The position numbers and the translations under genes were made by a program. A stretch of 64,000 nt of DNA from Armatimonadota bacterium (GTDB lineage Bacteria > Armatimonadota > SYMT01). Positions 37,674-47,648 of this stretch are shown one piece after another. Every line of letters begins with the position of its first letter. The first letter of the stretch is position 1. The notes beneath the pieces were generated by a model. The model was not told the DNA's origin. It did no database searches and saw nothing but the letters and a program-made list of their open reading frames with translations. The stretch covers positions 70,726 through 134,725 of the forward strand of contig JBKBRF010000015.1 in assembly GCA_046292385.1 (NCBI GenBank), in the 5' to 3' direction.

Positions 37674-40430
37674 CTACTTCGCGGTCATCCAATCGCGGGC
37701 GATGCCGGCTTCGGCCTTGAGAGGTACCCGAAGCTCCAGGGCGCGCTCCATCTCTTCGCAGACGAGGGCGGCGTGCTCCTGCGCCAGGGCCTCCGGCGTC
37801 TCGAAGACCAGCTCGTCGTGGATCTGGAGCAGCAGGCGGAGCGGGCGATCTTCCCGCTCCACGCGGCGCTGCACGTTCACCATCGCGATTTTGATCAGGT
37901 CCGCGGCGCTGCCCTGAACCACCGAGTTGATCGCCAGCCGCTCCCCCAGCGCGCGCATGGTGCGGCTGGGAGCGTGGATCTCCGGAATGGCGCGGCGGCG
38001 GCCCAGGATGGTGCTGACGTAGCCGTGATCGGTCGCCTGGCACACGCACTGGTCGAGGAACTGCTGGATGCCGGGGAAGCGCCCCTGGTACTCCGCGATG
38101 AGCTGCGCCGCAGCGCCGACGTCGAGCCCCTCGATGCGGCGGGCGAGACCGAACGGCGTGACGCCGTAGATGATGCCGAAGTTGATCGTCTTGGCGTGCC
38201 CGCGCTGCTCCCGCGTCACCTCTTCCGGGCGGACCCCGAATACCTGCGCGGCGACCGCCGTGTGGATGTCTTCCCCATTCAGGAAGGCGGCGAGCAGGCC
38301 GGGGTCTTCGCTCAGGTGCGCCAGGACGCGCAGCTCCACCTGGCTGTAGTCCGCGCAGAGCAGCAGGTGGCCTTGCGGAGCGTGGAACGCCTTGCGGACC
38401 TGCCGGCCCTGGTCGCTGCGGACCGGGATGTTCTGCAGGTTGGGACCGTGCGAGGCGAGGCGGCCGGTGGCGGTGACGAGTTGGTGGAAGGTGGTGTGGA
38501 TGCGACCGCTGCGGGAGTCGACCGAGTCGCGCAGGTTCCCCAGGTAGGTGTTGATCAGCTTGGCGAGCTGGCGGTACTCGATGATCAGGCGCGGCACGCT
38601 CGTCCGCGGGTCATTCCGGTCTTCCTGCGCGGCGAGCTTCTCCAGCACCTCGATGTCGGTGGAGCGGCCGGTCTTCGTCTTCTTGCCGGAGGTGAAGCCG
38701 AGGCGGTCGAAGAGCACCTCGGAGAGCTGCTTCGGGGAGTCGAGCTGGAACTCGCACCCGGCCAGCTCCTGCACCTTCACCCGCAGCGCGTCGACGCGGA
38801 TGCCGAGGTCGGCACCCTGGCGCTGCAGCTCCTCCGGGTCGCAGAGGATGCCGCACTCCTCCATCTCCGCCAGCACCACGGAGAGCGGGGCCTCTACCTC
38901 GCGCATCAGCCGCGCCAGGCCCAGCTCTTCCAGCTTCCCTTCCAGCAGGCGGCAGAGCCGCAGGGTGATGTCGGCGTCCTCGGCGGCGTAGGGGGTGACC
39001 CGGTCGAGCGGGACGGCGTCGATCGTCCCCTCTTTCTTCTCGCCCAGCAGGTCGGTCAGCGGGATCATCCGGTGGCGGAGCAGGCTCTCCGCCAGGTGGT
39101 CCAGCTTGGTCGACTTCGACGGGTCGAGGAGCTGGCTCGCCAGCATCGAGTCGAGCACCACGCCGCGCAGCCGCACGCCATTGCGCCGCAGCACGCGGGC
39201 GTCGAACTTCACGTTGTGCCCGCACTTCGGCAGGGTGGGGTCTTCCAGCAGCGGGCGCAGCGCGTCGAGCACCGTCTCCGTATCGAGGTGCGTCTCCGGC
39301 TCCGGCGAGCGGGTCGGCACGTAGACGCCGTGCCCCGCCTCCCACGCGAAACTGAGGCCGCAGAGCTGCGCGTCCCGCTCCAGGCCGGTCGTCTCCGTGT
39401 CGACCGCCACCAGCGGCTGCGCGCGCAGCGTCCGGACCAGCTCCGCCAGCGCCGCGGCGGTGGTGACCGCCTCGTAGCGACCGCTCTCCGCCGTCTCCAG
39501 CTCCCCGGCCGGCTCCTCCGGCGCGGTGGCGGCGAGGAACGCCTCCGCCGCGGCGACCCGCGCGTGGCGGCGCGCCTCGTCCTGGAAGCGGTTGAAGCCG
39601 AGCTCCTGGAAGAGCGGGATCAGGCGCTGCGGCTCCAGCGGGCGCACGCGCAGCTCTTCCAGCGTGCAGGGGAACTCCGGATCGCAGCGGAGCGTCACCA
39701 GCTCCCGGCTCAGCGGCGCCTGCGCGCGGAACGCCTCCAGGTTCTCCCGCCGCTTGCCCTTCAGGCTCTCCAGCCCGGCGAAGATCCCCTCCAGCGTCCC
39801 GAACTGCTTCAACAGCTCCGCCGCCGTCTTCGGACCGATCCCCTGGGCGCCGGGGACGTTGTCGACCGAGTCACCGGTCAGCGTGAGGTAATCGACCACC
39901 TGCTCCGGCGTGATCCCCCGCTTCTCCAGCAGCCCGGCGACGTCGAGCGCGGTGTCGGTGTGAACGTCGAAGAGGCAGACGCGGTCGCAGAGAAGCTGCT
40001 CCAGGTCCTTGTCTTTAGAGACCAGCCGTACGTGGAGGTCCGCGCACTCCGGGTCGTCCAGCACGCGGCGGGTCACCGTGGCGATCACGTCGTCCGCCTC
40101 CAGCCCCTCCTTGAGCAGCACCGGAATGCCCCACGCCTCCATCAGCTCGTGCAGGCGCGGCACCTGCGCCATCAGGTCGTCCGGCGCGGCGTCGCGGGTA
40201 CCCTTATACTCACTGTAAAGCTCGTCGCGAAAAGTACGGCCCGGAGCGTCCCACACCACCGCCAGGTAGTCCGGCCGGTACTGCTCCAGCAGCTTGAAGA
40301 GCATCCCGGTGAAGCCGAAGAGCGCGTGGGTCGGCTCCCCCGTCACCGGGCTGCGCATGCCGCCGCGGATGGCGTAGTAGGCGCGGAAGAACTGGGCGTA
40401 TCCGTCGATCAGGTAGAGGGTGCGAGACAT
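37674..40430 (-). CDS. polA: DNA polymerase I
   Basis: YLIDG 5'-exonuclease, VDTETTG 3'-exonuclease, TGRLAS..PNLQNIP, ADYSQVELR, KTINFGIIYG, QIHDELVFE. Confidence 0.98.
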   Translation of the reverse strand: MSRTLYLIDGYAQFFRAYYAIRGGMRSPVTGEPTHALFGFTGMLFKLLEQYRPDYLAVVWDAPGRTFRDELYSEYKGTRDAAPDDLMAQVPRLHELMEAWGIPVLLKEGLEADDVIATVTRRVLDDPECADLHVRLVSKDKDLEQLLCDRVCLFDVHTDTALDVAGLLEKRGITPEQVVDYLTLTGDSVDNVPGAQGIGPKTAAELLKQFGTLEGIFAGLESLKGKRRENLEAFRAQAPLSRELVTLRCDPEFPCTLEELRVRPLEPQRLIPLFQELGFNRFQDEARRHARVAAAEAFLAATAPEEPAGELETAESGRYEAVTTAAALAELVRTLRAQPLVAVDTETTGLERDAQLCGLSFAWEAGHGVYVPTRSPEPETHLDTETVLDALRPLLEDPTLPKCGHNVKFDARVLRRNGVRLRGVVLDSMLASQLLDPSKSTKLDHLAESLLRHRMIPLTDLLGEKKEGTIDAVPLDRVTPYAAEDADITLRLCRLLEGKLEELGLARLMREVEAPLSVVLAEMEECGILCDPEELQRQGADLGIRVDALRVKVQELAGCEFQLDSPKQLSEVLFDRLGFTSGKKTKTGRSTDIEVLEKLAAQEDRNDPRTSVPRLIIEYRQLAKLINTYLGNLRDSVDSRSGRIHTTFHQLVTATGRLASHGPNLQNIPVRSDQGRQVRKAFHAPQGHLLLCADYSQVELRVLAHLSEDPGLLAAFLNGEDIHTAVAAQVFGVRPEEVTREQRGHAKTINFGIIYGVTPFGLARRIEGLDVGAAAQLIAEYQGRFPGIQQFLDQCVCQATDHGYVSTILGRRRAIPEIHAPSRTMRALGERLAINSVVQGSAADLIKIAMVNVQRRVEREDRPLRLLLQIHDELVFETPEALAQEHAALVCEEMERALELRVPLKAEAGIARDWMTAK

Positions 40431-40544
40431 TCTTTGGAAGGCTAAAGGCAAAAGGCTAAAGGCAAAAGCCCGAACCTGGGCGGCGGGGGGAACGCATTCG
40501 GCGGGCACTCTTAGCTTAGTCGGGTGGTGGAGGGGAGTCGCCGT

Positions 40545-41279
40545 ATGGCAGCATCGGGAAACAACGGTGGGAGCGGCGTGCGGGCCGCGCTGCTGTGGCT
40601 CCGCAGTCTCGTGTGGCGAACCGGTCTCACCGTGTGGCGCTTCCCGCTGCAGGCCGTGCTCGCAAGATGCCTGCTCGTCCTCCCCGTCTTGTTCCTGGCG
40701 GCGATCATCTCCCCCATCTTTGTCGGAGTCGGCCGCAGCTCTCATCGCCCTCACTGCCAGCGAAATCTGAAAGTGATCGGCGTGGCGCTGCAGATGTACG
40801 CGCAGGACTACGACGACCGGCTGCCGAGCTTTACGGATGGTTCGGTGGACCTGCGCGCCGCGATAGACCCCTACCTGAAGGACCCGCGCATCTGGGACTG
40901 TCCCGAGACCCGTGACCGGGAGTCGCGCCGCCGCCCCGTCTACTACGGCTACAACTATCTCGCGCTGGCGCCCGGTGGGCTCGGGATCGAGCTCGAAGGT
41001 GTGGATCGGCCGCAGGATCTGCTGGTGATGGCGGATGCGAATGGCCCTGGACTCATCCCCACGGCACTGGAGGATCGTTACGCGGGCACTCCGCCCGAAT
41101 ACCGGCATAAGGGCGGCGCGGGCTGCCTGTGGCTGGATGGTCACGTGCGGTGGACGAGGCCGGTGCAGCTCGAGAAGCGGTTCGGAGACACCGGCACGCT
41201 CCGCGACTTCCCCTACTGGTGGCCGCGAGCCTCGCGGCACGCGCAATCCACCTCCAGAGCCGAGGAGGCGCGTCGATGA
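40545..41279 (+). CDS. DUF1559/H-X9-DG domain protein, paralogue 1
   Basis: TM segment, CQRNLKVIGVALQMYAQDYD, YGYN, RHKGGAGCLWLDGHV. Confidence 0.82.
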   Translation: MAASGNNGGSGVRAALLWLRSLVWRTGLTVWRFPLQAVLARCLLVLPVLFLAAIISPIFVGVGRSSHRPHCQRNLKVIGVALQMYAQDYDDRLPSFTDGSVDLRAAIDPYLKDPRIWDCPETRDRESRRRPVYYGYNYLALAPGGLGIELEGVDRPQDLLVMADANGPGLIPTALEDRYAGTPPEYRHKGGAGCLWLDGHVRWTRPVQLEKRFGDTGTLRDFPYWWPRASRHAQSTSRAEEARR

Positions 41280-41986
41280 GCGCGCGGCGGAGCGACGGCG
41301 GCCATCTTCGAGCGGTGTTCCTCTGGCTGCGCGGGCAGGCCTGGCGGCTCGGTACAGGGGTGTGGTGGCTGTGCGGTCTTCGGATACCAGTGAATTGGGT
41401 AGCCGGGGGCGGGTTGTGTGTGGCGTTCCTCGGCTCGCTCCTGTTCCCGACGATTAATTACCCACGACCTGCGGCGCGTCGCGCGGCGTGCCAGTCGAAC
41501 CTGAAGCAGCTCGGGATGGCGATCTCCATGTACGTGGAAGACCACGACGGCCGCCTGCCCGACCTGCCGCCCGGCCCGCCCGGCCCGCCCGACCTCCGGC
41601 CACTCCTATCCAAGCACCTCACGAACCCGGGCATCTGGCTCTGCCCGGAACACGGCCTCGACAATGATGCCGCGCGCCACGGTGTGAGCTACGGCTACAA
41701 CCACCTGGGATTGGCGGGGAACGGCACGGGCCTGCGGGTGAGCGAGATCGCCACCTCGAAGGATCTGCTGGTGCTGGTCGATTCCGGCGGCCCGCGGGCG
41801 GTGCCGCACGGCCTCCGCCCCGGCACCCCGCCCGAGTACCGCCACGAGGGCCGCGCGAACGTCCTCTGGCTGGACGGTCACGTGAAGAGCCTCTCGCCCG
41901 CCGATGTCGAGGCACGGGCCGGCGCCGCCGGCGCTTTGCGCGACTTCCCCCACTGGAGCCCGCAACCAAAGCACTCGATCCGGTGA
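41276..41986 (+). CDS. DUF1559/H-X9-DG domain protein, paralogue 2
   Basis: CQSNLKQLGMAISMYVEDHD, SYGYN, RHEGRANVLWLDGHVK; ATGA overlap. Confidence 0.85.
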   Translation: MSARRSDGGHLRAVFLWLRGQAWRLGTGVWWLCGLRIPVNWVAGGGLCVAFLGSLLFPTINYPRPAARRAACQSNLKQLGMAISMYVEDHDGRLPDLPPGPPGPPDLRPLLSKHLTNPGIWLCPEHGLDNDAARHGVSYGYNHLGLAGNGTGLRVSEIATSKDLLVLVDSGGPRAVPHGLRPGTPPEYRHEGRANVLWLDGHVKSLSPADVEARAGAAGALRDFPHWSPQPKHSIR

Positions 41987-42139
41987 GTGGCCTCGACCGC
42001 CGGCGCCCATCTCAGCTGGTGGCATAGGGGCGTCCGGAGGACGCGTGGCCGCAGGCCGGCGGTCGCGAGGTACTTCCAGTGCCTCGCGACCGCCGGTGCG
42101 GCCCCGAGCCCCGGTCGGCAAAGCCGCTACCGCATCGAG

Positions 42140-42547
42140 CTATCCGTACGGCTGGATCAGCCGCAGACCTTCGATCGCGCCGAACGTCTCCGTCTCCCGT
42201 GTCACCAGCGGAATCTCGTGCGCCAGCGCGGTGGCGGCGACCAGCGCCTGCAGGGCGGTGAGGCCGCTCGGCAGCGAGTGATCGAGCAGGAGCTGGACCG
42301 CGTTGGACGAGGCCATCGGGCCGAGGGAGAGGACGGCGTACGCCTGCACGAAGCGCTTCACCCGGCGCTGCTCTTCCGGCGTGCGCGCGCCCTGGAGCAG
42401 CTCCAGGTAGGTCGCCGTGGCGAGGCGGATTTCGACTGGCGGCTGCTGGAAGAAGTCCACCGCCTCCGGAAGGCCGAGGGCGAGGTCGACGCAGACGTCG
42501 GTCGCCACCACCGCGGGCTGCTTGAACGTCTCCAGGCGGATGCTCAC
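42140..42547 (-). CDS. PIN/VapC-like protein (degenerate acidic residues)
   Basis: VVATDVCVD, TYLELLQG, LQALVAATALAHEIPLVTRE..F..I.GL; GTGA overlap with the upstream small gene. Confidence 0.78.
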   Translation of the reverse strand: MSIRLETFKQPAVVATDVCVDLALGLPEAVDFFQQPPVEIRLATATYLELLQGARTPEEQRRVKRFVQAYAVLSLGPMASSNAVQLLLDHSLPSGLTALQALVAATALAHEIPLVTRETETFGAIEGLRLIQPYG

Positions 42548-42822
42548 TGCGCCCCTCCCTCATCCGCGCCCTTCCACATCCCGGCGATCGCCTCCCAGCC
42601 GGCCGGAATGTCGCCTTCCGCCGGACCGGTGTCGGTCGCGAGCACCGCGTGTCCGCGCTCCGCCTTGAGCCACGCCACCGACTGCGGCGCCGGCTGCCGC
42701 GGGGAGAAGGTCCCCAACTCCGCCAGCGGCGTCCGCCCGCCGGACAGCTCCCGTGCCAGGCGCGCCTGCTCCGCCGCCGGGAGCGCCTTCGCCTGGCGCG
42801 CCACCTCGTCGTAATCCGCCAT
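42544..42822 (-). CDS. Putative antitoxin
   Basis: YDEVARQAKALPAAEQARLAREL...IAGMWK; coupled upstream of the PIN gene; GAAGGAG RBS. Confidence 0.65.
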   Translation of the reverse strand: MADYDEVARQAKALPAAEQARLARELSGGRTPLAELGTFSPRQPAPQSVAWLKAERGHAVLATDTGPAEGDIPAGWEAIAGMWKGADEGGAQ

Positions 42823-43029
42823 TCTGTCTCCTTCCACCGATCCCCGGCAGTGCCGCGGGCGCGGCCGGCTGCCCCGTGCATGATCCGGTACCCGGGCCCC
42901 CAGGCGCAACCTGTCGGTCGCCGACGCGGTCACGCGTCACTCAACCCCACTCCGGGTATAGCCCAAAGCGAGGAGCGCGGCCGCCGGTGCGGAAGCGCTC
43001 CGGAATTGATGTACGGAGGAGGAGACGCA

Positions 43030-43428
43030 ATGCTGCACGTACTGGTGCTGCGGGACGAAGAGTGTGCCTCGTGCGACGAGGTCCGCGAAGAGCTGGATGG
43101 ATTGAAGAGTGAGTTTCCCGAGATGAGAATTCGAGAGCGCGTGCTCGACCAGGAGCCGGAGCTCGCCGGCCGCCTCGGCGTGGTGGCGACCCCCGCCGTA
43201 GTGGTCAACAACCAGCTCGCCTTCCAGGGGCATCCGGAGCGTGACTTCCTGGTGAACTACCTGCGCAACGTGCAGGCGGGTCTGCACGACGACCCGACCG
43301 CCTACCCTCCGGACGACGAGCGGGATCCCGAGGCTCGCGGCCAGGAAGCGACCGGCTCGCAGGATGCGGCCTGGCGCGGCAGCGGCCGGCGCCCCTCGTT
43401 CGGCTCCAGCCCCGGCGGACGGCATTAG
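43030..43428 (+). CDS. Thioredoxin-fold small protein
   Basis: CASC, GVVATPAVVVN; GGAGGAG RBS. Confidence 0.8.
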   Translation: MLHVLVLRDEECASCDEVREELDGLKSEFPEMRIRERVLDQEPELAGRLGVVATPAVVVNNQLAFQGHPERDFLVNYLRNVQAGLHDDPTAYPPDDERDPEARGQEATGSQDAAWRGSGRRPSFGSSPGGRH

Positions 43429-43523
43429 CCCTGCGGACCGAGACAGAGAGACGGAGAGATTGAGAGACCGAGGGATTCCGAGCCTCTACCTGCGGTGGGT
43501 GAGAAGAGCCGCACGGAAGAGGA

Positions 43524-43579
43524 TCCCTCTGTCCCTCTGTCCCTCTGTCCCTCTGTCCCTCTGTCCCTCTGTCCCTCTG
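43524..43579 (+). repeat. (TCCCTCTG)7 tandem repeat
   Basis: Seven perfect octamers; degenerate complementary octamers at ~43438-43475. Confidence 0.95.
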
Positions 43580-43726
43580 TCTCTCCGTCTACAGTGAGGA
43601 CTGTGCTTCCGCACAGCGAGGGATGCGCGCTGCCTCGTGCGGGCGGGGCTGCTGCCGCGGTACGATCTCCTCAGTAGATCTTTCAAGCTGGCTCGCACGA
43701 GCCGCTGTCCGCCGAAGGAGCGTCCC

Positions 43727-44323
43727 ATGCGCAATCGAGCCCTCGCCGTGATCGGACTGGTAGCCTGTCTCTCCGGCTCGGCCGGATTCTTCGGGGGCCG
43801 CGCGCTCGCCGCCGCGGAGCCGAAGTCGCACTACGAGAGTGACGTCGCCGACCTCGACCGCACCGAGAAGTACCTCTGCGGCCATCTCTCCACCGCGGTC
43901 CAGACGCTGAAGCGGATCGCTTCCGAGACGACTCCCGAGAATGCGGAGACCGAGAAGCAGGCACGCGAGACGGCGATCGGTGCGGCGCTTCAGCCGTTCC
44001 AGGAAGACAGCTTCATCCTGCTGCTCCAGACCCACTTCCTGGCGCTCGACAACCTGGCGGACAAAGGCGGAGAGCCGGTAGAGCAGTTCCTCAAGCAGGC
44101 GCTCTACCCCAAGCTGGAGCTCACCCCCGAAGAGGTGCTGAAGCACCGGGAGTCGAGCGGCCTGGGCCACGGCGGGCTGATCCTGGCCCACCTGGTGGCG
44201 CGCATCTCCAAGACCCCGGTGGAGAAGGTGCTGGAGGACAAGAAGAACCGCGCCTGGCCGGAGGTGATGCGCCTGCACAAGGTCACGGCCGGGCAGATCG
44301 GTTTCGCTCTGGAAGACAAGTAG
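43727..44323 (+). CDS. Exported hypothetical protein
   Basis: Signal-peptide-like N-terminus MRNRALAVIGLV...ALAA; GAAGGAG RBS. Confidence 0.75.
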   Translation: MRNRALAVIGLVACLSGSAGFFGGRALAAAEPKSHYESDVADLDRTEKYLCGHLSTAVQTLKRIASETTPENAETEKQARETAIGAALQPFQEDSFILLLQTHFLALDNLADKGGEPVEQFLKQALYPKLELTPEEVLKHRESSGLGHGGLILAHLVARISKTPVEKVLEDKKNRAWPEVMRLHKVTAGQIGFALEDK

Positions 44324-44545
44324 CCGTTTGCGTTATGATTCTGTCCAACCGGCGCGGAGCGTCCCCTAACCGGGGTCTGCTCCGCGTTTTTTTGGCAGGA
44401 CGCCGGCGGTATTCCCTAGAAGCTGGCGGTAGGTGCTTGAGATTCGCCGCTCCGCAGGAATAATGGGAATGGTTCGCCGGTGAGGATCGATCGTCGAAGG
44501 AGTGACACTGCCGTGCGGGTCGGGTAGCGGCCCCAGCGGCGCACT

Positions 44546-45856
44546 ATGATTACCGGGTTTTACCTGTTCGCGGCCTTTCTGCTGGTGCTGCTCAACGGCT
44601 TCTTCGTCGCCGCGGAGTTCGCGCTGGTGAAGGTCCGCTCCACTCGCATCGCGGAGCTCGCGAGCGAGGGAAAGCCGACCGCGCGGATGGCGCTCCACGC
44701 GGTCAACCATCTCGACGCCTACCTCTCGGCGACCCAGCTCGGCATCACCCTGGCGAGTATCGGTCTCGGCTGGATCGGCGAGCCGGCGCTGGCGGCCCTG
44801 ATGGAGCCCGCCTTCCACGCGCTGCACGTGCCGCCGGGACTGCTGCACCCGCTGTCGTTCTTCCTGTCGTTCGCCATCATCTCCGCGCTGCACATCGTGC
44901 TGGGAGAGCTGGCGCCGAAGTCGTGGGCGATCCAGCGGCCGGAATCGCTCTCCCTGGCGATCGCCTACCCGCTCCACTGGTTCTTCTGGCTCTTCCGCCC
45001 GGCCATCTGGCTCCTGAACGGCCTCGCGGGGATGGTCCTGCGCCTTTTCCGCATCTCGCCGGCTACCGAGCACGAGCTGGCGCACACGGAAGAAGAGCTG
45101 CGGATGATCCTCACCGCCTCCGGCCAGAGCGGGGTGCTGAAGGACAGCGAGGTGAGCCTGGTCCAGCATGTCTTCGAGTTCGCGGACAAGGTGGCGCGCG
45201 ACATCATGGTGCCGCGGGTCGACATGACCTACCTCGACACCACGTGGCCGCTGGAAAAGAACCTGCGGATCGCCCGGTCGCACACCTTCACCCGGTACCC
45301 GCTCTGCGAGGGGGACACCGACCACGTGCTGGGGATGGTCCACGTGAAGGACCTGATCCGCGTCACCTCCGGCGAGGTCTCGATCGAGGACGTGCGGCGG
45401 GACGTGCTGTTCGTGCCGGAGAACAAGCCGATCGACCTGCTCCTGCGTGAGTTCCAGTTCCGCAAGATCCACATGGCGATCGTGGTGGACGAGTACGGCG
45501 GCACCGCCGGCATCGTGACCCTGGAAGACGTGGTGGAGCAGATCGTCGGTGAGATCTACGACGAGGACGAGGAAGACCGGCCGGAGGTCCAGCGCCTCGA
45601 CACCGACCGGTTCGTGGTCGACGGTAAAGTGCCGCTGATCGACCTCAAGGCGGAGCACGACCTCACCATCCCGCAGAACGGCGCAGAGACGGTGGGCGGC
45701 TGGATCCTGGACCACTTCGGCGGCATCCCGACCGCCGGAGCCACCCTCGACGCCGACGGCCTCCGGCTGGAGGTGCTCGAGATGGAGGGCCAGCGCGTGC
45801 GGAAGGTGCTGATCGAGCGCCTGCCGGTCCCTACTGCGGAGGAGTCGGTGGTCTGA
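44546..45856 (+). CDS. HlyC/CorC (CNNM-CBS) family membrane protein
   Basis: NGFFVAAEFALV, QLGITLASIGLGWIGEP, GELAPKS, IVVDEYGGTAGIVTLED. Confidence 0.95.
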   Translation: MITGFYLFAAFLLVLLNGFFVAAEFALVKVRSTRIAELASEGKPTARMALHAVNHLDAYLSATQLGITLASIGLGWIGEPALAALMEPAFHALHVPPGLLHPLSFFLSFAIISALHIVLGELAPKSWAIQRPESLSLAIAYPLHWFFWLFRPAIWLLNGLAGMVLRLFRISPATEHELAHTEEELRMILTASGQSGVLKDSEVSLVQHVFEFADKVARDIMVPRVDMTYLDTTWPLEKNLRIARSHTFTRYPLCEGDTDHVLGMVHVKDLIRVTSGEVSIEDVRRDVLFVPENKPIDLLLREFQFRKIHMAIVVDEYGGTAGIVTLEDVVEQIVGEIYDEDEEDRPEVQRLDTDRFVVDGKVPLIDLKAEHDLTIPQNGAETVGGWILDHFGGIPTAGATLDADGLRLEVLEMEGQRVRKVLIERLPVPTAEESVV

Positions 45857-46005
45857 CGCAGGCTTCAGTTGCAGGTTGGCCGGTTACCGGTTCGCAGGAC
45901 GGGTCTCGAGTAGGCCCCATTCGAAACCTGTAACCTGCCAACCCACACACGCACCCGCAGAGTTCACTCTGCACCGCCTCGTCTCCTGGACACGCGGAGT
46001 TCTCC

Positions 46006-46170
46006 CGCCCCTCCGGGGCGGGTCTATTGGGCCGACGTGAGTCCGGGGGCTGCGCTGCGCTGGCCCCCGGCTATCCTCTCGCGCCCCTCCGGGGCGCCGC
46101 CGCACCCCAAGATGGATCGCCGGCAGTTGACTGCCGGCGGAGCCAACCGCGGAGTTCACTCCGCACCGCA
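46006..46170. repeat. REP-like cluster
   Basis: CGCCCCTCCGGGGCG at 46006 and 46082; GATCGCCGG..CCGGCGGAGCCAACCGCGGAGTTCACTCCGC at 46115-46164. Confidence 0.8.
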
Positions 46171-46171
46171 G

Positions 46172-46267
46172 CTCCCTGTCTCCCTGTCTCCCTGTCTCCC
46201 TGTCTCCCTGTCTCCCTGTCTCTCTGTCTCTCTGTCTCTCTGTCTCTCCGTCTCTCCGTCTCTCTGT
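46172..46267 (+). repeat. 12 tandem octamers CTC(C/T)C(T/C)GT
   Basis: CTCCCTGT x6, CTCTCTGT x3, CTCTCCGT x2, CTCTCTGT x1. Confidence 0.95.
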
Positions 46268-46296
46268 CCCCGAAGGTCCCTCCGTCTCAGAGAGCG

Positions 46297-47400
46297 TCAC
46301 GCGCCCCGCCAGGCCTCGACTTCCGCGGCGAAGCGCTCGATCTCCTCCACGCTGGTGAGAGCGCCGAGCTCCAGGTGGTACTCCCGCGCCTCGCGCGGCT
46401 CCAGGTACTGGAGCCGGCCCGCTTCTCGCTCCGCAACGCGGCCCAGCGGCAGGCAATTCGCGGGCTCCATGCCGACCACGTAGTTGCGCTGGCCCATCAT
46501 CTTCCACTGCGTGTACTGCGGCAGCTCGTTCCGGTTGAAGCGGACGTAAACCCCGAAGCCGAGCGCCCGGTTTACAATCGCGGTGCCGGTGGAGCCGTCC
46601 GGCGCGGCGCCCAGCTCGTGGAAGTAGGCCTTCTCGTGATAGCCCGGAATCGGCGGGTCGAGCTCGCAGGCGCGCTCCCGGCCCTCCTCCGCGGCGGCGT
46701 CTCGAGGGGTGATCCGCCGGGAAGGCGCCAGCAGTTCGGAGCCTTCGTCGACCGCCGGGAAGCCGATGTTGATGTGGTAGAGCAGCATGTGCTCGGCCCG
46801 GTCGTAGCCGGCGTTCTCCACCCGGTCCCGCACCCGCAGGCAGTTGCTCCCGAGCGTGGTGCTGATCTCCCGGTGGAGGATCAGGTTTTCGCCGAAGACG
46901 AGGCCTTCCTGGCACTTCCCGCGCACCCAGATGCGGTAGTCGTCCCCCTCCCACTCCGCGTCCGCCCAGACGTTCTTGGCGGGCGTGTGGGAGATGTAGC
47001 CGTGGAGGCCGAGGTCGCGCGGTCCGAGCCGCGCGGGGCCCGCCTGCGGATCGTGGCACGGCGCGCCGGCCCAGTTCAGGCCGCACGTCATCAAGAGCCC
47101 GCCGTAGAAGGAGCGGAGCCACCCCAGCCCCTCCGGCTCGAACCGCGACGGGTGCGCGTCCTCCGTCAGGGAGCGCCAGTTCATCGGGCGGCCGGCCCAC
47201 TCGCAGTGGGAGATGTCGAGGCCGCGGTCCAGGAGCACGGTGAACGCCAGCCCGCTGCCGGTCCGCACTTCCGCCGCGCGGACCCCTCGCTCCTTGCCGT
47301 CCGCCAACTCCACCTGCCGCACGCCCGCGACCTGCAGCAGGTCTCCCGTGCGCTGCTCCAGATCCTCGCGGGTCCATTCCCGTCCCCAGAGTCGTGGCAT
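46297..47400 (-). CDS. Aldose-1-epimerase-like (DUF4432) protein
   Basis: LLDRGLDI, FYGGLLMTCGL, GLHG, MLLYHINIG, YVVGMEP. Confidence 0.88.
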   Translation of the reverse strand: MPRLWGREWTREDLEQRTGDLLQVAGVRQVELADGKERGVRAAEVRTGSGLAFTVLLDRGLDISHCEWAGRPMNWRSLTEDAHPSRFEPEGLGWLRSFYGGLLMTCGLNWAGAPCHDPQAGPARLGPRDLGLHGYISHTPAKNVWADAEWEGDDYRIWVRGKCQEGLVFGENLILHREISTTLGSNCLRVRDRVENAGYDRAEHMLLYHINIGFPAVDEGSELLAPSRRITPRDAAAEEGRERACELDPPIPGYHEKAYFHELGAAPDGSTGTAIVNRALGFGVYVRFNRNELPQYTQWKMMGQRNYVVGMEPANCLPLGRVAEREAGRLQYLEPREAREYHLELGALTSVEEIERFAAEVEAWRGA

Positions 47401-47477
47401 CTGTCCGTCCTCCGTTAGCGTGTAGCGTTTAGGGGGTAGCGTGTAGGTCTGTGGCGGCGGGGTTTATGCCGTCCGGA

Positions 47478-47622
47478 CGCCGGGCCCTGAAGGACCCGGC
47501 TGTCTCTCCAGAAAGCACCCTGAAGGGCGCTGCTCACCCGAAAGTAGACCCGGTGGACGCTGAGCCAGCCTGCTTTAGCGGGCTTTCCATAACAGGCCAG
47601 CCGGGTCCTTCAGGGCCCGGCG
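47478..47622. repeat. 145-bp element with perfect 25-bp terminal inverted repeats (REP/MITE-like)
   Basis: CGCCGGGCCCTGAAGGACCCGGCTG (47478-47502) / CAGCCGGGTCCTTCAGGGCCCGGCG (47598-47622). Confidence 0.85.
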
Positions 47623-47648
47623 CTGCAGGACCGGCGAGCTCCCTCGTC

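Noticed and set aside
37773..40445. 890-aa plus-strand ORF and similar long ORFs (e.g. 59120-60934, 51017-52783, 32874-34280, 34908-36518)
   Set aside because: Antisense or alternate-frame shadows of well-supported genes in high-GC DNA
43438..46267. CRISPR array
   Set aside because: Repeats are contiguous 8-mers without unique spacers; no cas genes seen
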